Shown here: in pieces, positions 50,086 to 64,000 of the stretch
Layout of the letters: every line of letters starts with the position of its first letter
Numbering within the stretch: position 1 is the stretch's first letter
DNA from: Macrostomum lignano
Taxonomy: Eukaryota
Length of the DNA: 64,000 nt
Assembly (NCBI GenBank): GCA_002269645.1
Contig: NIVC01000532.1
Span: 124,001-188,000, forward strand
Reading direction: 5' to 3'
Position numbers and translations under genes: made by a program
Notes under the pieces: generated by a model
Told to the model about the DNA's origin: nothing
The model's database searches: none
Seen by the model: only the letters and a program-made list of their open reading frames with translations

Positions 50086-51923
50086 CCCACTGGGAAAGGG
50101 TACATCGAAACGACGTCGAAACGACATCAAGATATCGAAATCATGTCGTTTTTTAAAAAATGAAAATGGGATCGAAAAAACGATTAATTATTGCATAATT
50201 GTCCCTTTTTTAGCCTTTTTCGTATTTATTTGGCTTAAATTGGGTATTTTTTCCATGTCGTAAGTAAGTCGTTTTGTACGACATCGAAGTATTATGTCGT
50301 ATCGATGTCGTAACGACATCATTTTTTGCAATTGAACCCATATCCAAAGCATGACGTACTGACATTGTCGAAACGACATTGGTTACACACGGCATCACAG
50401 TTCTCCGTTCCAGTGACAGTTCAAAATGAAATTGCTATTTCACGTCATGCTTTAGTCAATAAACAATTCTTAGTGAGCAGGCTGAGGAGTTTTACTTATT
50501 TAGATCTGTATTAATTGTATTAGTTGTGCAAATCCACACTGGCTAGGCCTAGCTACTGCTACTGCACACATTACAAGTTAATTCAGTTTACAGTAGATAT
50601 GATCATGCTTCATGTACATTGTTCTATCCAGCCTCTGTCCATTGCTTCTTAAAGCCGACATGCCCAGGTGCCACACTCCTCCAGGTCATCTTTGACCTTA
50701 TCGTTCTCTTCGCACCCAGTACAGATGTTTGATACTCTTCAACCGCGAATCCTCATGCTCCCTAAGTCCCAGCCATTGTAGTCGCCATGCCTTTTCAATG
50801 TGATCTTTCCCACTTTCAAGATCCACCTGTTACTCCTGTTCTCACTATTAAAATCCTGTCATCAACCGCAGCGTCCTTACCTGTCACTCACTGCCGATTC
50901 TCCTAATCTGTCGTGACGTCACTGCACCACCTTGATTAATTACCAATTAGAAATATGGGCTAACCCTATTGTAAGATGTAACCATACAGAAGAACCCTAC
51001 AGATTATAATACTAATTTAAGATTATTTAGATGCCAGCTCATTGAGCCATTTAATCAGTACTTCTTTTTCTCACATAGTTCTCGCTGTTTGCTGTTATCG
51101 AATTTGATTTTTCTTCTTTTTCGAAGAAGTTTTCCTCTTTATTTTGCAGTGCAATGTTTTCACAGTTCATCTATAATGCTCGCTATAGCTCATTGAGCCC
51201 TGTTATCTATGCTTCAATTTTTTATGCAGTTAGTTGACTGTTATCACTGTCACTGTTACCAAAAAGCTCGTAGTTTACAGAAAAATAATACAAATTATAC
51301 TTTTTTGTAATTCATCTTCTGCTGTTACCTTGTGTGCCATTATATTAAAACACGATTATATCGTCCATATACTAAAAATGGTTTGTCTTACATACATCCC
51401 TTTACTCATTTCAATATTTGTAACTTGCACAATAATTGAATTTACCGGTTTTTCTACAACTAGCTATAGCGTACTGGCACAAAATGGTATGTCTGTATGA
51501 TCTGTGTGATTCATTCTGTGCGCTTGTCTATCATTTTATACCGGAGCTCGAGTGAAGTTGAACCAATAGTACATTTACCATCTAGCAAAGAATCATTTTA
51601 AGCTATTCTACTTGTATATGATAGTTTTTTTATGGCTTAGAAATTTTTAGCAGGACATTATCGATCAGCAGCAGATAGATTAAATTGCATTTTACGACAC
51701 GCGAGGGCCGCGAAAACTACATGAAATTGAATACGACATCAATACGACATTGCGACATACATACGATGTAAAAACGACGTACATACAATGTCGAAACGAC
51801 ATACATACGACGTCGAAACGATATAAACACGATGTCGAAACGACGTAGTAGGGCGGGGAAAAACCACGACGTCGAAACGACATCGCAAAACGACGTCGTT
51901 TCGACATCGTTTTTCCCAGTGGG
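50086..51923. mobile_element. Non-autonomous CMC/EnSpm-like DNA transposon (~1.84 kb)
   Basis: TIRs CCCACTGGGAAA / TTTCCCAGTGGG, 2-bp AT TSD, subterminal (A)CGACGTCG/CGACATCG repeats at both ends. Confidence 0.85.
50640..50815 (-). pseudogene. Degenerate non-LTR (RTE-like) retrotransposon C-terminal fragment inside the EnSpm-like element
   Basis: Minus frames give WRLQWLGLREHEDSRLK and DKVKDDLEECG, resembling RLRWLGH..R....RLPK and D.VK.DL. Frameshifts and stops are present. Confidence 0.4.
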
Positions 51924-52100
51924 ATGAGCAAAATGACAAAATGACAAAATGAGAAAAATCATTTAAGTGTTCATGATTTTACACGCAGATCATTCGATAG
52001 ATGCGTGAAATGGCCTTTTTATTTTAATTAACTTTTCTCACTTTCTTTTTGCTATCGCTATTGCTTGTAATGGTATGCTCATTTGTTGGAAATACTAATA

Positions 52101-52114
52101 GCAACCATAGCAAC
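52101..52114 (-). promoter_or_regulatory. Possible RFX X-box (GTTGCTATGGTTGC) upstream of CCDC105
   Basis: One good half-site, ~420 bp before the ATG. Confidence 0.4.
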
Positions 52115-52532
52115 GATTTCCGAACATTGCCTTTGAATAGAAGAAAAGGTCAATGGAACCCTTTAAGTTTGAAGCAGCAAAATGAAATGATTACTGACCG
52201 AGTAGAGTAAGTTTGTAAAAGTAGTAACTGTTTTAAGAAAAGAATTAACGATTATCTATGTGATAGTTTTTTTCTTAACGGACTAAGATAATTACAGTCA
52301 GATAAACAAACTATAATTTATATTTTTTAATAAACGGCTGTGCAACAAAAAATAAATAACTAAAATCCGTTACAAAGTTATTTGTTTTTTAATGAAAGAT
52401 TTGTAAAATTTCACTTCTTTAGCCCCCTAGTTTCTGAGCAAACTAATACTAATTTAAGTTAAACTTAATCTGTTCATTTTTAGGCTGAGATTGTGCCACA
52501 ATCGTTGCGGGTGAATTATCTTCAAGCACAAA

Positions 52533-55847
<3,315 letters not shown>

Positions 55848-57379
55848 ACTTTGAGGACTAGAGCTAAATTGGACAGATCGACAGTTGCACAGCTTGTGTT
55901 GTTTCATTCTGCCTGTATCTCTTTTCATTTGGTTCCAATGGTTCCGTGTTACATTTGCTAAAAAGTTTTTCTAACATTGTTTTTCATCTCTACAAAGCAG
56001 TCACCAGATTGCTTTACTGATCTGGTGCAGCAAATCTTGGCCTTAAAAGTCTATCTGCACACACTGCTGCTTTGCTGTTTAAATTTTGCAATTGAATCGT
56101 TGTTTGCCTGTTGTTTTCAGCCAACAAAAGTGAGAAAAATGTTGCTCAACAAAATTTATGCTGACCTTAAACTGCGCGCTCCCACGCTAGCTCGTAGAGA
56201 ATTTAGCTGCTTTCAGATCTACGTGGCTATCCACGTGGCTTTAGTTCAGTAGTGACTGTGAATAATTTAAACAAATTTGCGGCAATAACTGCAAACAGAC
56301 AAATTTAGAATATATGCTTGTTCGTATTATATCCTACTTTCAATTCAGTAGTATCAGTCTTTTTTCTTCCTCCCGCCGATTTCCTATTGGTTAGTCTTAT
56401 CTGTCGTATTGTTCCAACAACCCCCCTTCGCCGCGAAATCTCTACCCCTGTCACATCTCTGCCCCGTTTTATTGCCCTTCTCCCCTCGTTGTTGGGGCGC
56501 GGCGACCATGTACATTATCTATCTGGCTAGCCAATGTACATTATCTCTGCACTGATAGCGAAATTCGTCACGTGATTCTCTCCAGAAAAATTCTGCAGCA
56601 AATTTTACGAGTATAATTTGCCTTTCTCGCTGAAAATTGATCTAAATGATTTTTCACCCGCTACGAAAAAAGACAAGCAAAAATTTAATAAGCAAGTTCA
56701 AATTAGTCCATGAGATTACGATATTAGCGATGTGTAGATTGTAGATTTATCGTTTGTCACCTTATACTGCTGATAAACATTCTGTACACTGCTTTAATAG
56801 AAAGTTTAAATGTTGTCAATTTTACACAGTTAATTTACACTCGTTCTCATATTTTTGCTATTTTTTCATAAATTTTCGTGTTTTGTTATTCTACCTTTAG
56901 TTTTTAGATAGACGTCCTCGGCTTTGCTAGTATGTCTTGCTATTTTAATAAAAATCAAGTCGGTCTAAAAAGATTTCCTACCTATTTTTTTCTAAAATTA
57001 ATTGTAATTATATTGCTTCAGTTCTACAATATTTCTACGCGCTTTTTTTCTCGGTTGTCCGGGCTAATTTTGCATCGGTATTTCCCTGTTTAATACAAGG
57101 CTCAACTGCTGAATAGCTTTAGAAGTTGCTTATTATATGAATGGATAATTTCCTTCGCTTTGCTTGCTTGCGTCACTGCCGCTGTTTTTCTCAACAGAAA
57201 AAAGGAAAAAATAAAATCGAAAATTAGAACGAATATTAACTGCTTAGCCGTCTGCTCTACGAGTATCGATTGCGCTTTTTTCGTAGCAAATTATTGAAAA
57301 TATACTAATTGCCAGCTAAATTAAGGTAGGAGTTAAAGGAATCTTTGACAACCTCGGCTGCCTACCAAATTGAGGACTA

Positions 57380-57700
57380 GAGGTTGTAGCCTAGTGGTCA
57401 GAGCGTCGGACTCACGACTCAAAGGTCGGGGGTTCGATTCTCGACCCAATCGGAACAATTTGTGTCCTTGAGCAAGACACTTTGCATTGCTTCAGTTCAC
57501 CCTGCTGTAAATGGGTGCCAGCATTAGCTGGGGTAATTGAAGGTCTGTGTGGCGATCCTCCCCTCCCATTCCTTGGGCTGAACAGCCGTACGCAGCCTTC
57601 AGATACACCGCACAATAGCTCGTAGGTGCGGCTGAGCTGTCGGTTGCGCATGTGCTCATTAGGGGCGGGTTTAATTAATAATGATATAATTATAATTACT
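57380..57700 (+). mobile_element. tRNA-derived SINE, near full length
   Basis: A-box tagcctagtgg, anticodon-like loop ctcacga, B-box gggttcgattc, central gtgtccttgagcaagacac...ctgtaaatgggtgcc, AT-rich tail. Homologous to 37580-37865. Confidence 0.88.
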
Positions 57701-58280
57701 ATTCAGGACCTGCGTCACACCCCGAGTTGAAAATTAGCTAAAGGCTGAGCTCCAGTTCACCCTGCCGTGATATGGTAAGCGGCTTGGATCCAATATACTA
57801 AAAATGAAAATCTTGCTTGTTTGTTTGTGTGTACGCAATCGGTTAGAGAAAAAATGGCTGGATTGATTTTCATGAGACTTGCACTGTTCGATCGGAAATT
57901 TTCCCGTGACGGTACATGCATCTTGGCTAAGAAATTGCTCCATGTTAAAGCGATTAAATATTCGAAAAACATGCTTTTTTGCAAAGGTCAAGACAACTTT
58001 TCGACTTGAAATGCATTGTAAGAATGCTAGAGAAAAAACTGACTGGTTGAATTCTGATTCTGAAATAGATTGCATCATAACTGAATTGTAACTCCGACTT
58101 GAATTGAAAATGCAGTGTGGAAGCGTAACACTAGACTTGATTTAGATTGCGTAACCATATTGTCAACTTTAATTGAGACTGATACTGACTTGCCTGGGAA
58201 ATTGATTATGTCATAACTGCTTCGTGAGTGAGTGTTGAATTATATAAGTGCTACAATTTCATTTATAAATTTGTTAAGAG

Positions 58281-58335
58281 CTAGCCTAGATGTGAACAGA
58301 CTGGACTGCAAATGCAGCGACCTGGGTTCGAATCT
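58281..58335 (+). pseudogene. tRNA-like (Cys, GCA) remnant or SINE head
   Basis: tagcctagatg A-box-like, gactgcaaat anticodon arm, gggttcgaatc B-box. No acceptor stem. Confidence 0.4.
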
Positions 58336-58384
58336 TATTAGTAAAATTTTTTTATTAAAGCTTTTATTAAAAAAGTAATAAAAG

Positions 58385-59175
58385 ACTAAAGGCGTCATGT
58401 AAACAAGCATAGAAGCGTCATGTAAAAAGCCTAGAAGCGTCATGTAAAAAATCATAGAAGCGTCATGTAAACAATCATAGAAGCGCGATGTAAAAATTAT
58501 AGAAGCGTCATGTAAAAAATCATAGAAGCGTCATGTAAAAGTCATAGAAGCGTCAGATAAAAAATCATAGAAGCGTCATGTAAAAAATCATAGAAGCGTC
58601 ATGCAAAAAATCATAGAAGCGTCATGTAAACAATCATAGAAGCGTCATATAAACAATCATAGAAGCGTCATGTAAACAATCATAGAAGCGTCATGTAAAA
58701 AATCATAGAATCGTCATGCAAAAAATCATAGAAGCGTCATGTAAAAAGCATAGAAGCGTCATGTAAAAAATCATAGAAGCGTCATGTAAACAATCATAGA
58801 AGCGTCATGTAAAAAGCATAGAAGCGTCATGTAAAAAGCATAGAAGCGTCATGTAAAAAATCATAGAAGCGTCATGTAAACAATCATAGAAGCGTCATGT
58901 AAAAAATCATAGAAGCGTCATGTAAACAATCATAGAAGCGTCATGTAAACAATCATAGAAGCGTCATGTAAAAAGCATAGAAGCGTCATGTAAAAAATCA
59001 TAGAAGCGTCATGTAAACAATCATAGAAGCGTCATGTAAAAAATCATAGAAGCGTCATGAAAAAAATCATAGAAGCGTCATGTAAACAACCATAGAAGCG
59101 TCATGTAAAAACTAATGAAAGTGTCATTTAAAAAATTAAGAAGCATCATGGTAGAATAAAAGAAGCGTCATGTCA
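58385..59175. repeat. 22-23-bp minisatellite (tagaagcgtcatgtaaaaaatca)
   Basis: Visible array. Confidence 0.95.
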
Positions 59176-60426
59176 GACATGAAGGGTGTCATGTAAAAAT
59201 TAAATGAAGTTATAATGCTGTGCTGGGGAGAAAAACTGAGACGTCAAGGCTCTCAGAGAATAACTAAGATTACAGGGGGGGGGGGTTTCTGAGATGTCAA
59301 AGCAAAAGTCAGAAGCTACTTCAAAGTTCATGTACTTTACTCCATTTTTTTATTGCATTCTTTGTTGGCTCGCCACGGGGGGGGCGCTGATAGAAGAAGA
59401 GTCATGTAAAAAATAAAAGTAGCACTATGTATACATAAAAGAAAAGTCATGTCGAAGTTAAAAGATTCATTTGGGAATTGCTACGATGTCAAAGCTTGGT
59501 GGAAATCGTTATAGTGCTGTGATTCTTAAAGAAGGAATCACTAAAATTTCAAGGCTTAGGGGAGAAGAATTGCTGAGATTTCAAGGCTTTAGGTTGGGTG
59601 AAAGTTAGGTTTAGGTCAGGTGTGGGTTGAGGGTTATATTTTATCGGGTTTCAAGGTTAACAGGGGATTTTTTAGATTTCAAGGTTTATGGGGGCCATCG
59701 CTGATCACTGACATGTCAAGGCTTACGGGGGGAATAGCTGAGATGTCAAGGCTCACGGGGGTATAAATGAGATTTCAAGGCTAAAGTCAGAAGCTACATG
59801 TAGTTTATTGAAAACTTTTTATTACATTATTTGATGCCTCCTCAGGGGAGGGATTGCTGATAAAAAAAGCGTAATGTAAAAAATCAAAGAAGCTTCATGT
59901 TGAAGTTAAGAGATTCATTTGGGAATCCAAACAGGATTTTGGGTATCCATTTGGTTAACAGGAGATTTTTTTAAGATTTCAAGGATACATGTAGCTTATT
60001 AAAAAAACGTGTATTGCATTTCTTTGGCTCCCCAACGGGGGGCGTAGATTGCTAGTACGAAGCTAAGATGTATGACGTGATTGCTGCAATTGGCTGTGCT
60101 GTTGTTGGCTGGCACACACCTTGCAGACGGCTTTCCATATTACGACCTATGATGAGCTCCTGCATCAATAGCATGTATCTAAAGCCAAGGAATGTGACTT
60201 TCTTCTCGTCACTGATCCCTGATTCGCTTCACATCCTGCAAACAAGATGCGTTATTCCAATCCGAAAGCAAAAGCATTCAGAGACGAATTGGAGAACGGC
60301 TAGGATTAAGAGCAGAACTGAAGCCCCATTGGCTGTGCAGCGGAGATTTAAGCCACCTCGCAAGGAAAGAATTCAACTCTTCAAGCAACACTTGGAGCGC
60401 TCAGAACCATTTTGAACACTGCAGCG

Positions 60427-61298
60427 ATGTCGACACCAAGGACGCTCCTCCTCGCCCTGCTGAGCCTCGCCTGCCTGCGCAGCCTGCAGTCCTGCCAGCC
60501 GCCCTACCAGTCCGTGTCCGGCTTCTGCCTGCTCGTGAACACCACAGCCGCAGTCGGCTGGTGCCAGGCAGCTCGTCTGTGCCAGGCCGTCGGAGGCGAG
60601 CTGGTGATGGAGCCGGCCGCCATCCGGGCAGCTGCGCCGTTCACCACGGTGAAGCTGTGGGTCGGCGTCACCGACATGCTGGAGGAGCGGCTCACCAGCA
60701 GGTGAAGCAGTCAACACCGAGTTTCGAGTGTTTCTGCACAAAGCAAAATTGATGCCATCTTTTGCTAAAATAACTCGGAAAATCTCACGCAACTGTTCAT
60801 TAGCCTGCGATGCGTACATATACTATAGCTAAAATATTATAACTGATCTGATATTCTCATCTTCTCAGAAGCGGCTGGCGCATGGCCAATGGAAGCGAGT
60901 TTGTTGCCTCAGACTCTTACTGGGGATCTGGCTACCCAAACAACATCGACAACTCAGATGACATGCTGGCTCTAAAAAACGGTTTGCTTCACGACTTTGT
61001 CTCATCCAATCTGATCGGCTTCGTCTGCCAGCCCGTGGCGACGCCGAACAGCGGAACCTTCCGTCGGACCAGCTTCCTGCAGCTGGGCGACATCACGCCC
61101 TACTACTGCTACACGGAGGTGCAGTCGGTGCAGCCCAGGCTGCTCTGCATTCGCCAGTGCGCTGCCCGCTGGGAGTGTCGGGCGGCTCTGTTCAACCGGG
61201 CCGAGTCTCGCTGCCGCATGCTGGACTTCGCCGACGCGAGCGCGGGCGACGCCATCGAGAAGAGCGGCGCTTGGGAGAAGTTCGTCAAGGTCCTCTGA
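60427..61298 (+). CDS. Secreted C-type lectin domain + PAN/apple domain protein (234 aa)
   Basis: Exons 60427-60701 and 60869-61298. Signal peptide LLLALLSLACL, CTLD features (WCQAARLC, LWVGVTD, W..GYPNN, FVCQ), PAN-like CIRQC...CRAALFN...C. Confidence 0.82.
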
Positions 61299-62879
61299 GA
61301 GAAACAGCGGTTAAAAATACCAAATGACTACTTGAATTAAAACAACTTTTGATCCACTTAAAATCTAATAAGATTCTAACAACTCTATCAACTTTAACAA
61401 AAATTGGCAGAAACTCAAATCGAGTGCAAGTTACATCAGGAGCAAAATTACAAAGCTTAAAGAAGACTTCTTTCTCTTAAATTTATTTTTTATGCCATTA
61501 TGTCTGAGTCAGAAACATAAGCAAACGTTTGCAGTACGTAAGCATACCTTAGCGTGATTTAATAGTGCAAAATCAACCTTTTGCCGATGGAGAGAAGCAC
61601 TTGATTATTATCGTTTATTTGAAGTTATTACTCAAACATTCTTATGATTTTCGACGTACGAGCTAGTCTATTGTTTTTTAATACTCGAATTAAAACACAT
61701 AGGCTTGTTGGGCATCCTCCCTGCTTTCTTTATGGCAACATCTCTATTTTCCAAATATTACAAATCTGTATCGAATTTTCTTCTGGAATTTACACGAGAT
61801 TGTGCAGGAGCCCCGGAATCCGGATGTTTCATTGTGCCTGAGTAGCAACGCAAGGCGCTACTCAAGTTCCGCAGCAAGCCGATGAGGAGTTTGTCTTTAA
61901 TGAAAGGTGAGACGCATTCTTCACTTCCGTCATTCTTTCGGGAGCGATGGGTTTGAGGAAAAGACATTGTACCATGCCCCGTTTCCTTCCTAGTCAAACC
62001 AATTGACTAAAACTTTTGTGAGCCCACAAAGGAAGCCAATTATGATTTCCCCGCATTGGGTGAGAAGGCAGTGTTTCGGAATTACCTACAGTCAGCGATC
62101 TGAGAGACTTTCTCAAGACACGCGCCAGGAAGTTTCACTTCCGGTAGTAGAATTTTGTCAGAGCTTCGCTGTCATGGATTTTTAATGTTGGCGAACCCAA
62201 GGACTGCTTAAGTAAAGCAGAAATCTTGCGAATCTACTTTTTCGCTTGTTTTAGCCCTCTGCAGGCTATCAATATTGTTAGTAAGCTTTTTACGTCAGTG
62301 AGCCTTCAAGCGTGCCTGATACTGTGTCTGTGGTTTACACGTATTCATATTTGCCCACAGAAAAGCAAACTTGTAAAAGCAAAGAGAGGCATTGTCTCGC
62401 TGCATTTTTTGCTAGGAAACTTTCTATTAGTGAAAAAGAGAAATTGTTAAGATTAATGAAAGAATTAATTAAATGAAATTAAAGCATGAACTACTAATTT
62501 AGTTAAACCCATAAAACGATTTCAATATTAGAATTTAAAGAAACTAAAAACACAAAGCCAATCAATCGTCAGTCAGGAGTATTGCCAATAAATCATCAGG
62601 CAATTATTCTAGACGAGTTCCTGTACGTCTCTCTTCCCTCGTCTTCACTTTTCTCGTTTCTCTTACTGTCTCAAAAAATTGACTGGCGCTCTGCCGTGAA
62701 TGAATAAAACCATGGTTTGCTCGTCTGCCTTAAATCTTGGGGTAATTTTGCTCCGAGAAGCCCCCGTTTCCCATCGATTGGCTAACTGAAAATTCTTTAG
62801 TTGTCTATGGTAAAAACGTTGCAGCTGCAGTGAACTCATTGTACTGGGTGATTGGTAAATATCTGGACATGGTTAGTTT

Positions 62880-63330
62880 TTGCTGTAGACAAACTGTTCT
62901 CCGCAACGCAATCCACTACCCTTTGCGTCACGGGTACTCGGCTTTTTTGAAGCATCTAGCGCACGTAATTGAGTTCCACGTCCTTCCAGAGGCTCCATGG
63001 CTTTCCGCATTCGCTGACCAAGTAGTATTGCAGCATGCTGAAAAAATCCTTCAACGTAGAAGCACCATAACGATCACCACGCTTATTTCGGATCTCTAAG
63101 ATAAACCATTCAAGAACGTAGCTGAGATCGCGCTTGCTCATCTCGGATAGGTTGGCCAACACTATCGAACCGGTCTACGTTCTGCCTTAGCCAATTGAGC
63201 CTTCTTCTCGTGTCACGATCGAAATATTTCTACCAATCCACTTACACCTTTTCGTTGCAGCTTCTGGCGCAACAGACACAATTATTTCGTTCAGTCTCTG
63301 CATGCTCATCTTCGCTGTAGTCGGTTGCGA
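62880..63330 (-). pseudogene. Degenerate Crypton-like (DUF3504-associated tyrosine recombinase) relic
   Basis: LSYVLEWFILEIRNKRGDRYGASTLKDFFSMLQYYL...WSLWKD then ALDASKK in a shifted frame resembles the Crypton/ZMYM-type L..F..E.R...G..Y...TL....LQ.YL...D.F...LD motif. Confidence 0.55.
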
Positions 63331-64000
63331 AAGCCAATGGCAAGTCACTCAAGAAAGCTTCGACTTCGGCAAGGCTAAGTAATTCAAAACCGTCAACTAA
63401 AAACTAGCCGATTGAGCATTCTGTATAAGTTCTGTACTTAAAATTTCACAGCAAAATTTAAGGCAGGCGAGCAATCAATGATTTTATTCATCCATCGCAG
63501 CAATGTCTAGATGTCTGAAAGGCTTTGACTACCTGTCAAGAAGGCAGAAATATAAAAATATTGTATCAGTAGCATCACTGCTACACTGCTACAACTTTCA
63601 GTGCGTTTTCTTGGGAAAATTGGTCGAAATCAATTGATTACACACGATTTTCGAAGCCTAATCCAGCATCCACTAGAACTAGCAAGAATAGAATTTACGA
63701 GTATACTACAACTTATTAAGTAATTTATATTTGTTCATTGCCTGCCCCAGCAAGCTTTGCACAGCATCGAAATATTTCAGATGACAGACGCTTTTAGCCA
63801 ATGCTAATGCTAAAAGCGTTAGCCACTTGCCCTACTTGCTGATTTACTTCTGTATATACTATAATTTACAGCAAAAAATATTATTGTCGGAAATGCGACT
63901 AGCTCGTAAAAGGCGTCATTACGACGGCGATTCGACGTCGACCTGACCGGTCACTGTTATCAGGATGATAAAAAATGCACTTTATTTAATGCATCAAGAT

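Noticed and set aside
61640-62200. Short ORFs possibly continuing the Crypton relic or another transposase
   Set aside because: No recognisable catalytic motif in any frame.

Overview
Eukaryotic (animal) genomic DNA: GC-rich exons, GT-AG introns, and roughly 20 kb (~30%) of tandem repeats. The style is most reminiscent of a flatworm such as Macrostomum, but that is an inference. The + strand carries a run of mostly cilia-related genes: an 18-exon, phase-consistent TTC6-like TPR gene (3.3-33.2 kb), intronless ANKRD45 and B9D1, a G-alpha-i gene with a 1-nt frameshift, an LC8-type dynein light chain, CCDC105/TEKTL1, and a secreted C-type lectin/PAN protein. The - strand carries a taperin/phostensin-like gene and an unknown 2-TM gene near 2 kb. 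Mobile DNA includes a young full-length Ty3/Gypsy element (142-bp LTRs, 5-bp TSD) inserted into a minisatellite, hAT and EnSpm-like non-autonomous elements, two tRNA-derived SINEs and a Crypton-like relic. Most long introns hold their own unrelated micro- or minisatellite. There are no CRISPR arrays, rRNA genes or intact tRNA genes. Nothing here proves a new system. The best leads are the co-oriented ciliary cluster (possible SL-trans-spliced operon with X-boxes), introns built almost entirely from repeats, and an antisense dual-coding overlap.
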